The notes under the pieces were generated by a model. That model was not told where the DNA came from and searched no databases. It saw only the letters and a list, made by a program, of their open reading frames with translations. A DNA stretch of 64,000 nucleotides, taken from contig NW_003314317.1 in NCBI RefSeq assembly GCF_000143415.4, positions 496,001-560,000 on the forward strand, written 5' to 3'. The position numbers and the translations under genes are program-made. This document shows positions 23,201-35,657 of the stretch, one piece after another; the first letter of the stretch is position 1, and every line of letters starts with the position of its first letter. Origin of the DNA: Selaginella moellendorffii. Lineage: Eukaryota > Plantae > Lycopodiophyta.

Positions 23201-25720
23201 AAATTTTCTTAGATTTTTCCAATGGCTGATCTGTTGGTCACTTTGCTCGAAAACCATTTCGTTTTCGTAAGCCAATACAAACTAGTGAAGGGGTTGGAGT
23301 TGACTTCGGTTAGCTTAGACCTTAGTAGATAGTTTGTATAATGCAGCTCGAAAGGGATGCTGACTTTTGAGGCTATTGCAATTAAGTTGGATAGGGTCTG
23401 GAGTTGGTGTAGAAAAGTGACTGTTGCACTTTTCTAAGAAAGGTGACCCTTGTGCCTTTCTTTTATAGCGTTATGCTTAGTGGCAAGTTGCACTTTGCAT
23501 TTCGTTAGACTCTATGAGAGTAGTGAGCTCTCACTGATCTTGACTTGGTCTTGGTGGCCTTGTGCCTTGGCTGAGGATGGTGATGTTCAACTTAGTTGTT
23601 TGAGTTTGAGATGTTGGTACCCGTATTGTAGCTTTGTCTATGAGGGGGTTGTGTACCGATATGAGTCCATCTCATGGTCTTCACTTTAGTTTCGGCTAAG
23701 TGTTGGTCATGCATAGTTAGCCTCTTCAAGGCATGCTCAGAGCTAGTGGCTAAATGCATTAGTGAGCTTATTGCAGTTGAGTTGGATTCGAGTGGTCATT
23801 TAGTTTGTGCTTGTCAATGAACTTTTATCTTATACCGAAGGTATCACGTTCATGTTGGACAAGTGTATGACTAAATGACGTGAGTTAGTGTTTGGGTCTT
23901 GTGAAAGGCAAGACAAGTGATTGTTGGTTGCTTTGCAACTAGTGATTGCTTGTAGACTTTGTCAAGGGCTTTTGACACTTGCTTCACTCGATGATGATTT
24001 AGCAGTGATGGGCTTGCTTTACCGGATGGGGTTGCGGAGGATCGTGTCGTTAGACTTACATGGGTTTTCCATGTTGGCATGTCGACTCTACCTCTATTGA
24101 TATCATTTGGTTGCGTTTAGTTCGTGGTGTTGGATTTCATTGAGTCTTGGACGTGGTGATTCACTCCTTGAGGAAGTGTTATCTGTAACTGAGTTTTGCT
24201 AAAGGATTGGTCTCGGATACTAACTAAAGTATCTTCGACCTTGGTTAGCTTGGTTGCTAGAGAGCTTTGAGTGGTGATACACTCGTGCTTTCTTCTAGCT
24301 TTGTTCTAGTGTTGGTGGCATTGAAGTGATGCCTTGTCGTTGACATTGTTGATGTTGAGATTCGAGTGAAATGAGATGTCTCTCCTTAGGATTGATATTG
24401 AGTTTCATTGCTCTCGATGAAGATAGTATTGATGATTTGGCTATAGCTTTGTGTTATTAGCATTCGTGTATTTGCTAGTTAGCAACTGTGTTGACGTTCA
24501 AATGAACTGAGTGGCAAGTTTGAGTTAGTTGTGTTCTAGACGAGATTATTTAGTCGAGGGTTGAGCTTCGGCTTTTCCTTGAAAAGTGATTCAGTCATGG
24601 ACTATGCTAGCTGACCGGTCCTTACGGACACTCTTTCCTTACTGCCACGGTGGCAGGAGGTCGGTATTGCTGGACCCTTTATCAGTCCCTCTTGTGCTAG
24701 TGGAGTTAACTGGGCATTTCGAGTGTACTTAGACCGGACGAGCATAAGGACGGAATTCCTACGTGTTATTAGCTAAGCATACTTAGCCCGGTAAGGAGTT
24801 CCCGTCTCGTTATGTCTTGCACTAGCTAGTGACAAGAACCCTCGCGTATTGAAATTGGTCCCTCAATATCGCTACATGATAGCTTACCGTGTCTGCCAAA
24901 CACCCTCGCTATCATGCCCTTTGTGTTAGTCTCATTTCGGTCCCAAATGCTATTTATGGAAAGTGTCCAGATTTGCTCATTTGGCATATCTACGGAATGT
25001 AGAGATCGGTCTGAACACAATGGTGTTCGTCCCATGTCCAAATTCACAATCTAGGGACATTCCATATTTAGTAAGTTTCGAGCTTGTCCCAGAGACTAAC
25101 TCCTGGTACTAAGGGAGGCTTGGGGTGAAAGCCCAAAGCGTGTGTTCCTCAAGGGGGGGGGGGCTGTGGGGGGTTCCAAATGTATAGTAGGGATAGTGGG
25201 TAGGTCGGGCATGGCCGACCAACCTGAGGCATAGTCTAGCTCCCGCTTGCGTGCCTGTCCTTGTTCTGCGTCCGGCTTGGGTCTAAGCCCAAGTTCCATT
25301 CCATGCTAGTTGGTGGAGTACCCATATCCTCGCGTTAGGCCACCGGTATGCCGAAATAGCGCCAGACTCCGTTTGGCTCCGTTTTGTGTGCTGGTCCTGG
25401 CATTGGGATGCTGGTTGCTCCAGGACTGTTCCAAGTCACTCCGGGCTCCTGTCCCTTTGCTCCTTGGGCTTTATGCTCGGGAGTTGCTCCGTGGAACGGT
25501 TCCGTCACTCCTTGGCTTCGTGCTTGGGAGTTTGGCACCGTTCCTTCGTTCAGTGGCCCAAGGCCCTGAACTTTGGGTTCCTATGGACATGTGGCATGGA
25601 CACGTGGCATGTGACATGTGGCATCTGTCACGTGGCACAAAGAGGGTTTAGGTTCCGCTTCGTGGTGTTATCCTATGGTAAATCACCATAGGATAAAGGG
25701 TCAAAACCACGTGCGCTACA
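20266..25720 (+). mobile_element. Second family-B element (B2) nested in B1, internally deleted
   Basis: 5' LTR 20266-21411 with iMet PBS. 3' LTR 24613-25720 lacks its first ~40 bp and the PPT. Perfect TSD GTTTT (20261-20265, 25721-25725). Internal region parallels 16755-19880. Confidence 0.93.
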
Positions 25721-27133
25721 GTTTTCATGCTCATTGTTCCATTTGTTAGGAGTTGTTGGGGGAAGGCATTTTGGCTCATTAGCTTCGATGTTGACGTTAG
25801 TATTTGCATCTAGCAATCATTGGTGATGATTGACTATCATCTAAGATAGTTGATTATCCTTGTCAAGGGTTTTGCTTGATTATTGTTGGTATAGAATGAT
25901 TTGCTGTTCTTCAGGATGGTAAATTCTTTCTTCAATGATGATTATGCATTTCTCTATTTTTAGGATGATTGATGATCTTTCATGATGGTTATTTATTCTC
26001 TTTGATGGCTTGTGGCTTTTCGCAATATCACATATTCTTTGTGATTTGCTCTGGATTGGTCTCTTGGGTTTGAGACATCAGTAGGATGTTGCTAACACTT
26101 GCTTTGGCAACTTGAGTTCCTTGGTATTGTTGGCTGGGATCTATTTAGATTGGCTTTTGTGATAGTTGGCAAGAATGAGTGTTTGTTGGTCTTACCGCAT
26201 TCATTCTCTTCTGTTGATTATTGCTCAAGTTAGTTTTGATAGATTTGGATGTTCTTTCCTTTGGGTAATACATTCGCGAGCATTTTGCTTGTCAGTTAGT
26301 GATACTTTGTGTTCTTTGGGTTATCTTTCGTAAGTTGTTTGGCATTTTGTCTACAATCTTTAATAGTTAAACTTTATCATTGAGTTTACTTGATGATATA
26401 CTTGCTATTGAATTTTGTTTGATGGTGAATCCTATATTTACCACTTATGATGATCTTGGTGGTTCCTACACTCTTATACTGGTTTATCGGGTTATAACTT
26501 GCTTGGAATACTTTTATGTTCTAATCTAAGATATATTCACTGATAATTAAGTTTCTAAAATATCATTGTTTATGACTTTGATATTGTCCATCTATTGATC
26601 TTTGAGTTTGGGCCAGTATAGGCAGACTGGCTTCGGCACTTTGTGTGCATGTTGAAATCTCTAGTCATGGGGTAGCTACTGTCGACTAGTCACATAACCC
26701 GCCTCTCTGTCGATGTTTCCTATTCCGTTCGAAAGGGCGTGACCGTGTAAACAACTCTAACTGCCTGTTTACAGTAGTCTATCTAAACCTTACCGACGGG
26801 TTTGGTTTCTTTGCTCAGGAGGGTTGGGGCCTCTGGCTTCTCTCTATATGTCTCTGCGGGCAGGGCATATCACACTTTTGTAAGCTGGGTGACTCCCAGA
26901 GCAGCAAGGGTGGCTGACTCCGTTAGTCATTTCTTTGTCGGCGACGGCCGGAAGGTGTCTGAGATAGTAGTGCATCCGCGTTAGACAAAGAGGTTGCCTC
27001 CTAACTCATTTAAGTTGGTGCATTTCTCACATAGTGTGAGTACCGTGAACTTTTTTTGGAGTTGTTTCCTTGGCGGTATTCTAGACTCGAGTATGCATCA
27101 ACGAGGACGTCGATCTTCCCTAGGGGGGGAGAG

Positions 27134-28252
27134 TGTCGCGAATGTGACTTCGGGTATCGAAAGTTACCTGTCGACCAGTCCTTACGGACACTCTTACCTT
27201 ACTGCCACGATGGCAAGAGGTCGGTATTGCTGGACCCTTTATCAGTCCCTCTTGTTCAAGTGTTAGTAAACTGGACTTTGCATCTGTACTTGGCCGGATG
27301 AGCATAAGGAAGGAATTCCTAAGTGTCTATTCAGCCAAGCATACTTGGCCTGGTTTTTTAGTTCTCTTTTACTCTGTCTTGCACTGGCTTGACAAGAACC
27401 CTCGCGTATTGAGATTGGTCCCTCAATATCACTGGATGATAGCTTACCGTGTTTGCCAAACACCCTCGCTATCATGCCCTTTGTGTTAGTCTCATTTTGG
27501 TCCCAAATGTTATTTATGGAAAGTGTCCAGATTTGCTCATTTAGCATATCTACGGAATGTAGAGATCGTCCTAAACACAATGGTGTTCGTCCCATGTCCA
27601 AATTCGCAATCTAGGGACATTCCATATTTAGTAAGTTTCGAGCTTGTCCCAGAGACTAACTCCTGATACTAAGGGAGGCTTGGGGTGAAAGCCCAAAGCG
27701 TGTGTGGGGATGTGGGGGGTTCCAAATGTATAGTAGGGATAGTGGGTAGGTCGGGCATGGCCGACCAACCTGAGGCATAGTCTAGCTCCCGCTTGCGTGC
27801 CTGTCCTTGTTCTGCGTCCGGCTTGGGTCTAAGCCCAAGTTCCATTCCATGTTAGTTGGTGGAGTACCCATATCCTCGCGTTAGGCCACCGGTATGCCGA
27901 AATAGCGCCAGACTCCGTTTGGCTCCGTTTTGTGTGCTGGTCCTGGCATTGGGATGCTGGTTGCTCCAGGACTGTTCCAAGTCACTCCGGGCTCCTGTCC
28001 CTTTGCTCCTTGGGCTTTATGCTCGGGAGTTGCTCCGTGGAACGGTTCCGTCACTCCTTGGCTTCGTGCTTGGGAGTTTGGCACCGTTCCTTCGTTCAGT
28101 GGCCCAAGGCCCTGAACTTCGGGTTCCTATGGACACGTGGCATGGACACGTGGCATGTGACACGTGGCACAAAGAGGGTTTAGGTTCCGCTTCGTGGTGT
28201 TATCCTATGGTAAATCACCATAGGATAAAGGGTCAAAACCACGTGCACTACA
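27134..28252 (+). repeat. 3' LTR of B1
   Basis: Follows the PPT, ends ...gcactaca. Confidence 0.93.
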
Positions 28253-30700
28253 ATCACCCAAAGAGATCAAGATTTTATGTGCAAACATCAAGGAGATGTT
28301 GGAGAAGGGTGTTATTCAAAAGTCACGAAGTCCTTGAGCATGTGAACCTCATCTTGTGATAAAACCTAATGAGATTATTCATTTTTGTATTGACTATTGT
28401 CCGTTAAATGAAGTGACAATCCCAATTGTGTACCCTCTTCCTCACATTGCTGATATCTTGGATTGTCTGGGGTGAAGTCGTTAGTTTACCAAGCTAAATC
28501 TTGCTTTTGGGTATTGGCAAGTATCAATGGTCAAAAAAGATATTCCTAAGATTGTTTTTCGTACATTGTTTGGTTTGTATGAATTTTTGTTGATGCCGTT
28601 TGGTTTGAATAATGCTTTAGCAACTTTCCAACGGATGATGGACAAGGTTTTTTGTAATATGCTACAGGTGACTGCTGACTTCATTGATGATGTCTTGATT
28701 CACTCAAAGGGGATGTAGGAGGAGCACGTTCGTGATGTTTGTAAAGTGTTAGATTAGCTATGGCATGTTGGTTTAAAGCTGAAACAGTCAAAGTGTGTGT
28801 TTGGGTCCAAGGACACAACTTATCTTGTGTACCATATTTCTCATGAGGGTTTGCAAGTTGATCTTAATAAACTTGTGGCTGTTCTAAAGTTCCCTACTTC
28901 AAAGTGTGTGAATGATGTGCAACACTTTTTAGGCAAAGTGCAGTATCTCAGTCATTTTATGGATCATCTTTCTGATCACACTACACCATTGCGAGTGTTG
29001 CTGAAGTCATCAACATCATATTTCATTTGGTCTCCGAATTGTGAGTGGGCGTTCGTGGATCTCAAAGAGCTCTTGATGACTCCTTCGGTTTTGCCATATC
29101 TTGACTACACTCGACTTTTTATTTTGCGTATGGATGCTTCCGATATTGGTCTTGGATGTGTGTTGATGCAAAAGAGCCCGAGTGTGCTTGGTTAGCACCA
29201 TCCTATTACATATCTAAGGTATATATTACAATTAGCGGAGGTGAATTACTCCACAACAAAGAAGGAGTGTTTAGTAGCAGTCTAGGGTTTCAAAAAACTT
29301 CATGCATATCTACATGGTTCTCAGACATTACTTGAAGGTGATCATGCTGCTGTTACTTTATTATTAAAGCAAAAGAACCTGGTTGGTCGTATTGGTCAGT
29401 GGGCTTTGAAGCTTCAAATATATGATTTTGATGTTGTTCATCGCCTAGGGAGTTTTATGGTTGATGCTAATGCCCTTTCTCGAACTCCTCTTCCTTCTCC
29501 ACTCTTTTCTCATATTCCTGACGAGCTTATTATTTTGGCATCTATGGATTTTCTAAATGAGGATTCTATACCACCGATGGTTGTTGTACTTGACATTCAG
29601 TGTCTATAAGGTGCAGAGCAAGATCTACCTTCTCTTGATGAGGTTCACAAGGCTCAAAAGCTTGAGCCATGGATTTGAAGGCTTCGAGATGGGTTTGAGA
29701 ATCCTACATCATTTATTGATCACTTGCCATTCTGGCATTTACATTTCTAGTATCGCCTTGAAGACGGCCTTCTTTATTTTATGGGGACAGATCTTAATGA
29801 TTATTTATGGCTAGTGGTGCCTTTGAGTTAGTGGCATTTGATCTTATGGGACCTTTTCCACGATCTACTGCTAGCAATGAATATATTATTATTGTTTTTG
29901 ACTATTTGACTTATTAGGTGGAAGTTGGTACTCTTGTTAGTGCCTTTGCAACTACTGTTGGATACTTTCTCCTTAATCGAGTGGTGTTCTAGCATTTTTT
30001 TTCTGAAGCGAATTCTTTTGGATAATAGTCCTACATTTATAGCTGAGGCATTTCATGTTTTAATGTCTCGGTTGGGGATATGCCACACTTTCATGAGTGC
30101 TTATCATTCACATTCAAACAGTTTGGTGGAATAGCTTATTCGGACATTCAAAGGAATGATCGTGAAGTACGTGAACTTTCAGCATTCAAATTATGATGGT
30201 TATTTGCTATCTCTTCGATATGCATATATCATAGGGGTGCAAAGTTCTATTGGTGCTTCACCATATAAATTTTTTTATGGTCATGATCCAATATTACCAA
30301 CAGAGCTGGGTTTACCTTTGCAATTGCCACAAGTTACTGATGTTAGGTTGTGGGATTAGTATTTGACGAGCATTCTTCCACTTATCCGAGCAAAGTCTGC
30401 CGAACATTTAAACTGCGTACAAGTGGGACAACAATAACACTACAACTCCCATCATCATCCACTTGCAGAGTACAAAATGGATGACTTGGTGTTAATTCAT
30501 TTTTCCCATCTTACGGTATGTGGTTTATCTAAGGGGCTCTTTATTTAGTGGGAAGGACTATATCAGGTGTTGCAGCAAGTTAAACCACAAGTTTATGAAG
30601 TTCAGCATAATGTTTAGCAAACTGATCCTCCAAAAATTATGCATGTGTAGCAATTGAAACACTTCATACAAAGGGATTGGGAACAATTAAAACCACCTAC
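28253..30700 (+). pseudogene. Decayed RT-RNase H-integrase of A1; no chromodomain seen
   Basis: FRTLFGLYEFLLMPFGLNNA, FIDDVLIHS, LRMDASDIGLG, AYHSHSNSLVE, with many stops and frameshifts. Confidence 0.9.
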
Positions 30701-30796
30701 AGATTTACTAATGCCTCCTCCTAACGTTCCTCCAAATCTTGGCTCATCTGTAAAAGAACTCGAATGGTTTTCCATTATTTCGAGAGGAGGGGATGA

Positions 30797-30969
30797 TATG
30801 AAGTCCAAGTGTATGGTTACGATACTATATACTAATATTAATGTAATGGGATTTTGGTAGTCAGATTGATTTCAATCTAAACCATTCGCTCCTGTATATA
30901 TATTATGGTTTTTGGGCTAATTAATATGCACATTTTCTATATTCCCTTTCCATATTTCAAACACTCACA
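30797..30969 (+). repeat. 3' LTR of A1
   Basis: Aligns with 5934-6109 and is followed by the TSD TATT. Confidence 0.9.
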
Positions 30970-31308
30970 TATTGATATCAGATATGCAATTTATAAAATT
31001 AAGCAACTTTGCATGCTTAGAAGTTAGTCTAGAATAAAGAGTTACTCTCAACCTTTGAGCCACCTTGCCTGTGGAGGCTGATATGAAATTCCTCTTGGAG
31101 CACATTTAAAAAGAAGCGCCACATTCTTGTGAATGCTGCCAGTTCCTCTATTAAGGAGTTAGAAAGTGCTTGCAAATGCTGAAGGATATAATGGCCGGGT
31201 CGCTAATTAGTAAAGTAAGTAATACCTTTTTATGTTCTAGCCCTAAAGTCTGGAAGCAATCGTTCTTCTTGGAATGCGCTTTGCGCCTACGAATTCCCGG
31301 GCGCTGGA

Positions 31309-33607
31309 ATGGCGAGTGATGAGAGTAAGAATGGATCGAAGCTAGATCCATCGCTAATCACTTTCTCTCGCTTCGGCATTTGTGATTTTCTTGGCAGATC
31401 TCCATGGAGCGCAAGGCATCAGCGAGCTCTGCCAGCGCCTAGGCCCCGGGTGGACGTGCCAGGGCAGCGAGACCTCCACTGGCTTCTTCGTGGAGCTCCT
31501 CAAGTCCAACGCCACGCCAGTAGTCCCGCGATCCACTCCAAGGCACTGCCCCAGCCTCCTCCTCGCCCAGGAGGAGCAAAGGTGGAGATTTGGCACTCGA
31601 GCCTTTGCCTATTGCCTGGGACTGGCCTATTGCTTCCTGGGACTGGCAGTGATCACTCGCGTCTACATGAGAGCTCTGGATTCCATCGTTCGCCACAGCA
31701 GGAAATCGGTCCACAGGGATCCCATCACTGGGCTTAGAATTTTCAGCGAGAGGAGGATCTGGAATCCCACCGTCGCGGACATCACGCTCCTCGCGCTGGG
31801 AACTTGTGCTCCACAGGTCTCGCTCGCGGTGATTGATGCCTGCCAACACATTGGACAAACTTCTGGCAGTTATACTCCTTTTTCTTTCTTCTTTTTTCTC
31901 TTTTGTTGTTCTTGGATTTGTATTCTTCTCTTTTGTCATCTTTGCATTGATGGAGCTTCGTTTTCCTCGGATGTTTGCAGAGCTTGGAGCTGGAACGCTG
32001 CTCGGATCGACGGCATTTAACTTGTTCTTGATACTCGCGGTTTGCGTCGTGGCTCCCAAACGCTTCCAGACCAAGTCGATAAGGAACGTTGGAGTTTATA
32101 TCATCGAAGTTGTTTGGTCTTTCTGGGCTTACGTCTGGCTCTTTTTGATCTTGGAGGTAAACTTTCTCATCATCCTTTCGAGTTTTCTTCCTTGATTTTT
32201 CTTGTTGACGATTCTTTAGATCTGGACTCCCAACGAGATCACTCTCTGGGAAGCAGTCTTGACAGTGGCACAGTTTCCACTTCTGGTTCTTCACGCTTAC
32301 GTCCAAGACAGGAACTGGAAATATTTGTCAATACCACTGAGAGAGTCGGACGCTATCGAAAGCTCGGACATGAACAACTTACATGAGCTCGCCAACGTTT
32401 CTCGGAGCTCCAAGTTCGCGGCCATGAGGTGAGTCTCGGACGCATCCCTTGTTGTAAGGCTATGGCAAATCACTTCTTGTTGTAAGTAGGACCTGGAGAG
32501 GCATTATGATGAGTCTTATGGCAGATATATCGAAGGCTCCGAGTCGTCAGCTGCGAAGGCAGCGGTCTTGCATTTCACTGATGGCAGCGCGGATGTTTTC
32601 GGTAAGAGAGTTGGTTGCCACTCGGCCTCATAATTTTCGTTTGTTCTTTTCGAGCCGAGCAGAAGACGTTGATACGAGCAGCAGAGACAACTTCGCGTTT
32701 CTGAGAGAGGGAGCCGAAACCGAGCATTTCTCTTGGAAAGCTCTGGGTACCGCGTGGAAGAACCAGTTTTACGATGCCATGACCGTAAGCTTCTTCGGTT
32801 CCCTCGACTTTTTTGCTGAACTTTGTTTTCGATGTCAGGTAGCTAGCATCGAAGAGGGTCGTGGTCAAAGGAAGCGCACTCCCTCGACGCTCCAGTTGCT
32901 ACTCCATCCCATTGTCTCTTACTGGAAAGTCAGCTTTGCTTTCATTCCCCCCGTTCAACTTCTTCACGGATGGCTCGCGTTTCTGGGCTCCATTTGCTTC
33001 ATTACATGGATCTCCTACGTCGTTGTCGAGCTCTCAAATCGCATCAACTGCGTGACAGGTATGAGACCATTATTTTCGCGATTTTGGCAAGAGAAAAAAA
33101 ATACAAAAACAAAAAAAATGCGTTTTTTACCACAGGAATCAGCTCCTACGTACTGGCTTTGACGGTGTTGGCGGCAGGAACGTCCCTTCCAAACCTTATG
33201 GCGAGTAAGATCGCTGCGGAGGAATACGACACTGCGGATTCAGCCATAGCAAACATCAATGCGAGGTAACAGATTCTTGACTTCATGTTTACCTGCTTGA
33301 TGAAAGTTCTCTTCACAGCAATTGTATCAATGTTTACGTGGGATTTGGCGTCCCGTGGTGCGTCTCAGCACTCTATAGCACGGGCTTCCATCAGAATCTG
33401 GTGGTTCCCGTAGAGGGATTGAAATTTTTGCTCTCGGTCTATTTCTCCACGGCAATAATGTGCTTCGTTGCTCTTACAGCGAGGCGACGTCTTCTGGGAG
33501 GAGAACTAGGTGGACCCCGGAAATGGGCTTGGGCTTCTGCCATCTTCTTTTTCCTTCTCTGGATCACATTCTTGACGCTTGCTTGTTTGGCAGGCAGATT
33601 TACGTGA
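31309..33607 (+). CDS. MHX: Mg2+/H+ exchanger (CaCA/NCX-like superfamily), multi-exon
   Basis: alpha1 [22 protein letters not shown]...[19 protein letters not shown], alpha2 [17 protein letters not shown]...[13 protein letters not shown]. Short GT-AG introns. Confidence 0.9.
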
Positions 33608-33849
33608 TCTGTTGTAAAAATAAGCCATCAATTACACATAGAATCAATTCTTTTGCCATCGGAGGAATGCAAAAACTACAACCTTTAGCTTTAGTGATTT
33701 TTCTCTCCGACGACAAACCAAGGATCTGGAAAAGATTATGTTGTAGAGCCAGAACGAAGCAAGACCTGTCAAAGGAGAACAAAACGAATCTCAAAGGTTC
33801 AAATGCTGGGTAACAGTATACCTTCTGGCAGATAGGACGCTGCTTGGTG

Positions 33850-35330
33850 TTCGTCTTGAAGCTGCCACTACAAATCAATCAAACATAAGAAAATAATTAC
33901 CAATAGTTCCTGTCTCCAGGATCAAGGAAGGGTGCTATTGTGTTACTATTTAAACGAGTTCCAAGGAAGCATAGTCACATGGCCGTTGTTTCATTTCCAA
34001 GACGATCGAAAACGGATCTCTGGACAGATGGAAATATTTAGCAAAAAAAGTTTTAAGCAACATTTCAGCACTGTCGTTTACCGAGGAAGAGATCTTGTTT
34101 GATCAGAGTGAATGAACTCGTGCCGTATTGCGAATCGCACCCAGCATCCAAATCAGAACGCAATGCCTCTAAGGACATATTGGACCTGTGTGCTTCGACA
34201 TCGACAAGTGCCAAAGATATGGATCGTATTATCAAAGTGAGAATTCTTCTCGTCGCTGCCTCTCTCTCGGCTTAGACACTTGGAAGAAAACGCGGACGTC
34301 AGCAAAAAGAGGAAGCATCCAAAGAACTTAACACTCACCTGGCATGAGAGCAGTTTGAGAGCAAAACATAGCGTCATATCGTCGAGCAATCTCAGCGGCA
34401 CTAGATCGGGCCCCCATAAAGATAGCCAACGCTTTCCGCAGCCTACTTGCATTCCTCCCAGTTCTAACTGGCAAAAGCTGTACTAGCCCTTGTCTGTTTC
34501 AGCCTGTCACTTTTACACGGTAAGACGACGGAAACAAGCGTGCATATCATACCGCTAGCTGTTGGAAATGACGTTGAACCGTGTGAAACCACTTCAAAAA
34601 AATTCCGCCCTCCGACTGGCATCTTGCCGAGTGTCTCGTTGTCTCTGAGCCGAAGGATACACAGTTGTACGCTCCTGTTCCTGAGCTCTGACGTAAAACC
34701 AACTTTGAGAGCCCGGATCAGCTGTGGAGGGCCCGATTCCTCCGGCCATATCCAGCTTTGATTCACGCAGACAAAACGAGTAGAAGTCCTTCACCGCGAG
34801 TCTTTGCTATACTTCATGTGAGTAGAATTCCGTGACGAAGTCCCGGGGATTTGAGATGAATTGCCTGAAAATTCAATGTGAGTCCATTGAGTCGAAAGAT
34901 AAAAAAATCTTTCTTTCTTTACCGTTTGATAGAGTCATTCCTCAATTACAATGAGCGCTATAAAGGGAATGCTCTCCATAAGAGCCACCATACCGAAGAT
35001 CTCGTGGACAGAAATCCGCGGAAATGAATAGCAGGCACTAAATCTGCGCATTGATTGACTCTCGGGGAATGCCTACTCGCACAAGCGGCAGGAAATATTT
35101 CCCTGGAAAGACGCACTGGATACCTCGATAATCTCTGCAAGATCGCCAGTGCCGCGAACGATCGTGAATGTAGCTCGCGATCGAAAAAGAACCGATCGAA
35201 GCCGGCAAGAATCCATACCTCGTCCCTCCGCCGCGCTCATTCCCTGTGCGCCAAAACCCCTAAATCCTCCCAAACAAGAAAGAAGCCAACGATGTGACTC
35301 GAGCCGTGGACGTCTCATCCAATGGAACAA
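33850..35330 (-). pseudogene. Unassigned spliced-looking gene remnant
   Basis: Donor/acceptor-like pairs and GC-rich exon-like blocks with stops in all frames. No domain recognised. Confidence 0.3.
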
Positions 35331-35657
35331 AGGAAAAAATAAAACAACTATACAAAAGCAAGAAGAAGAAACGGAGTGTTCTCTTTCTTCCTCTATAGGC
35401 TAACCTTCTTCCTCTTCCTCGTTTTCTCAAGCTTGAAACTCAATGTACTACTACCTCCTCGCCTTGCTTTCCTTCCTCCTCTCCCTCCTCGCAGCCTTGC
35501 TCGTTGTGACTTTCTTAAGTACCACTCGCGCGATCGCCTTCCTCGTAGTCCTTTTTCTCATCGTGTTCTTCACGTCCTGTTCGTTCTCTCCCGGCTGTGT
35601 CCATTGCTGCCGGGTCTTTACCTTCGCCTTCTCTTTGTTCGTCACTCTCTCCTTCCT

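Larger units (their letters stand above)
7999..28252 (+). mobile_element. Non-autonomous LTR element B1 inserted in the pol of A1
   Basis: LTRs 7999-9131 and 27134-28252. iMet PBS tggtatcagag 9134-9144, purine tract 27122-27133, TSD ATCAT/ATCAC. A1 sequence resumes across the insertion. Confidence 0.92.
5934..30969 (+). mobile_element. Ty3/gypsy element A1 (decayed, outermost element of the nest)
   Basis: LTRs 5934-6109 and 30797-30969 (TG mutated to TA in the 3' LTR). PBS about 6111-6126, PPT gagaggagggga 30782-30793, 4-bp TSD TATT. gag/PR remnants at 6350-7998 continue into RT/RH/INT remnants at 28253-30700. Confidence 0.92.
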
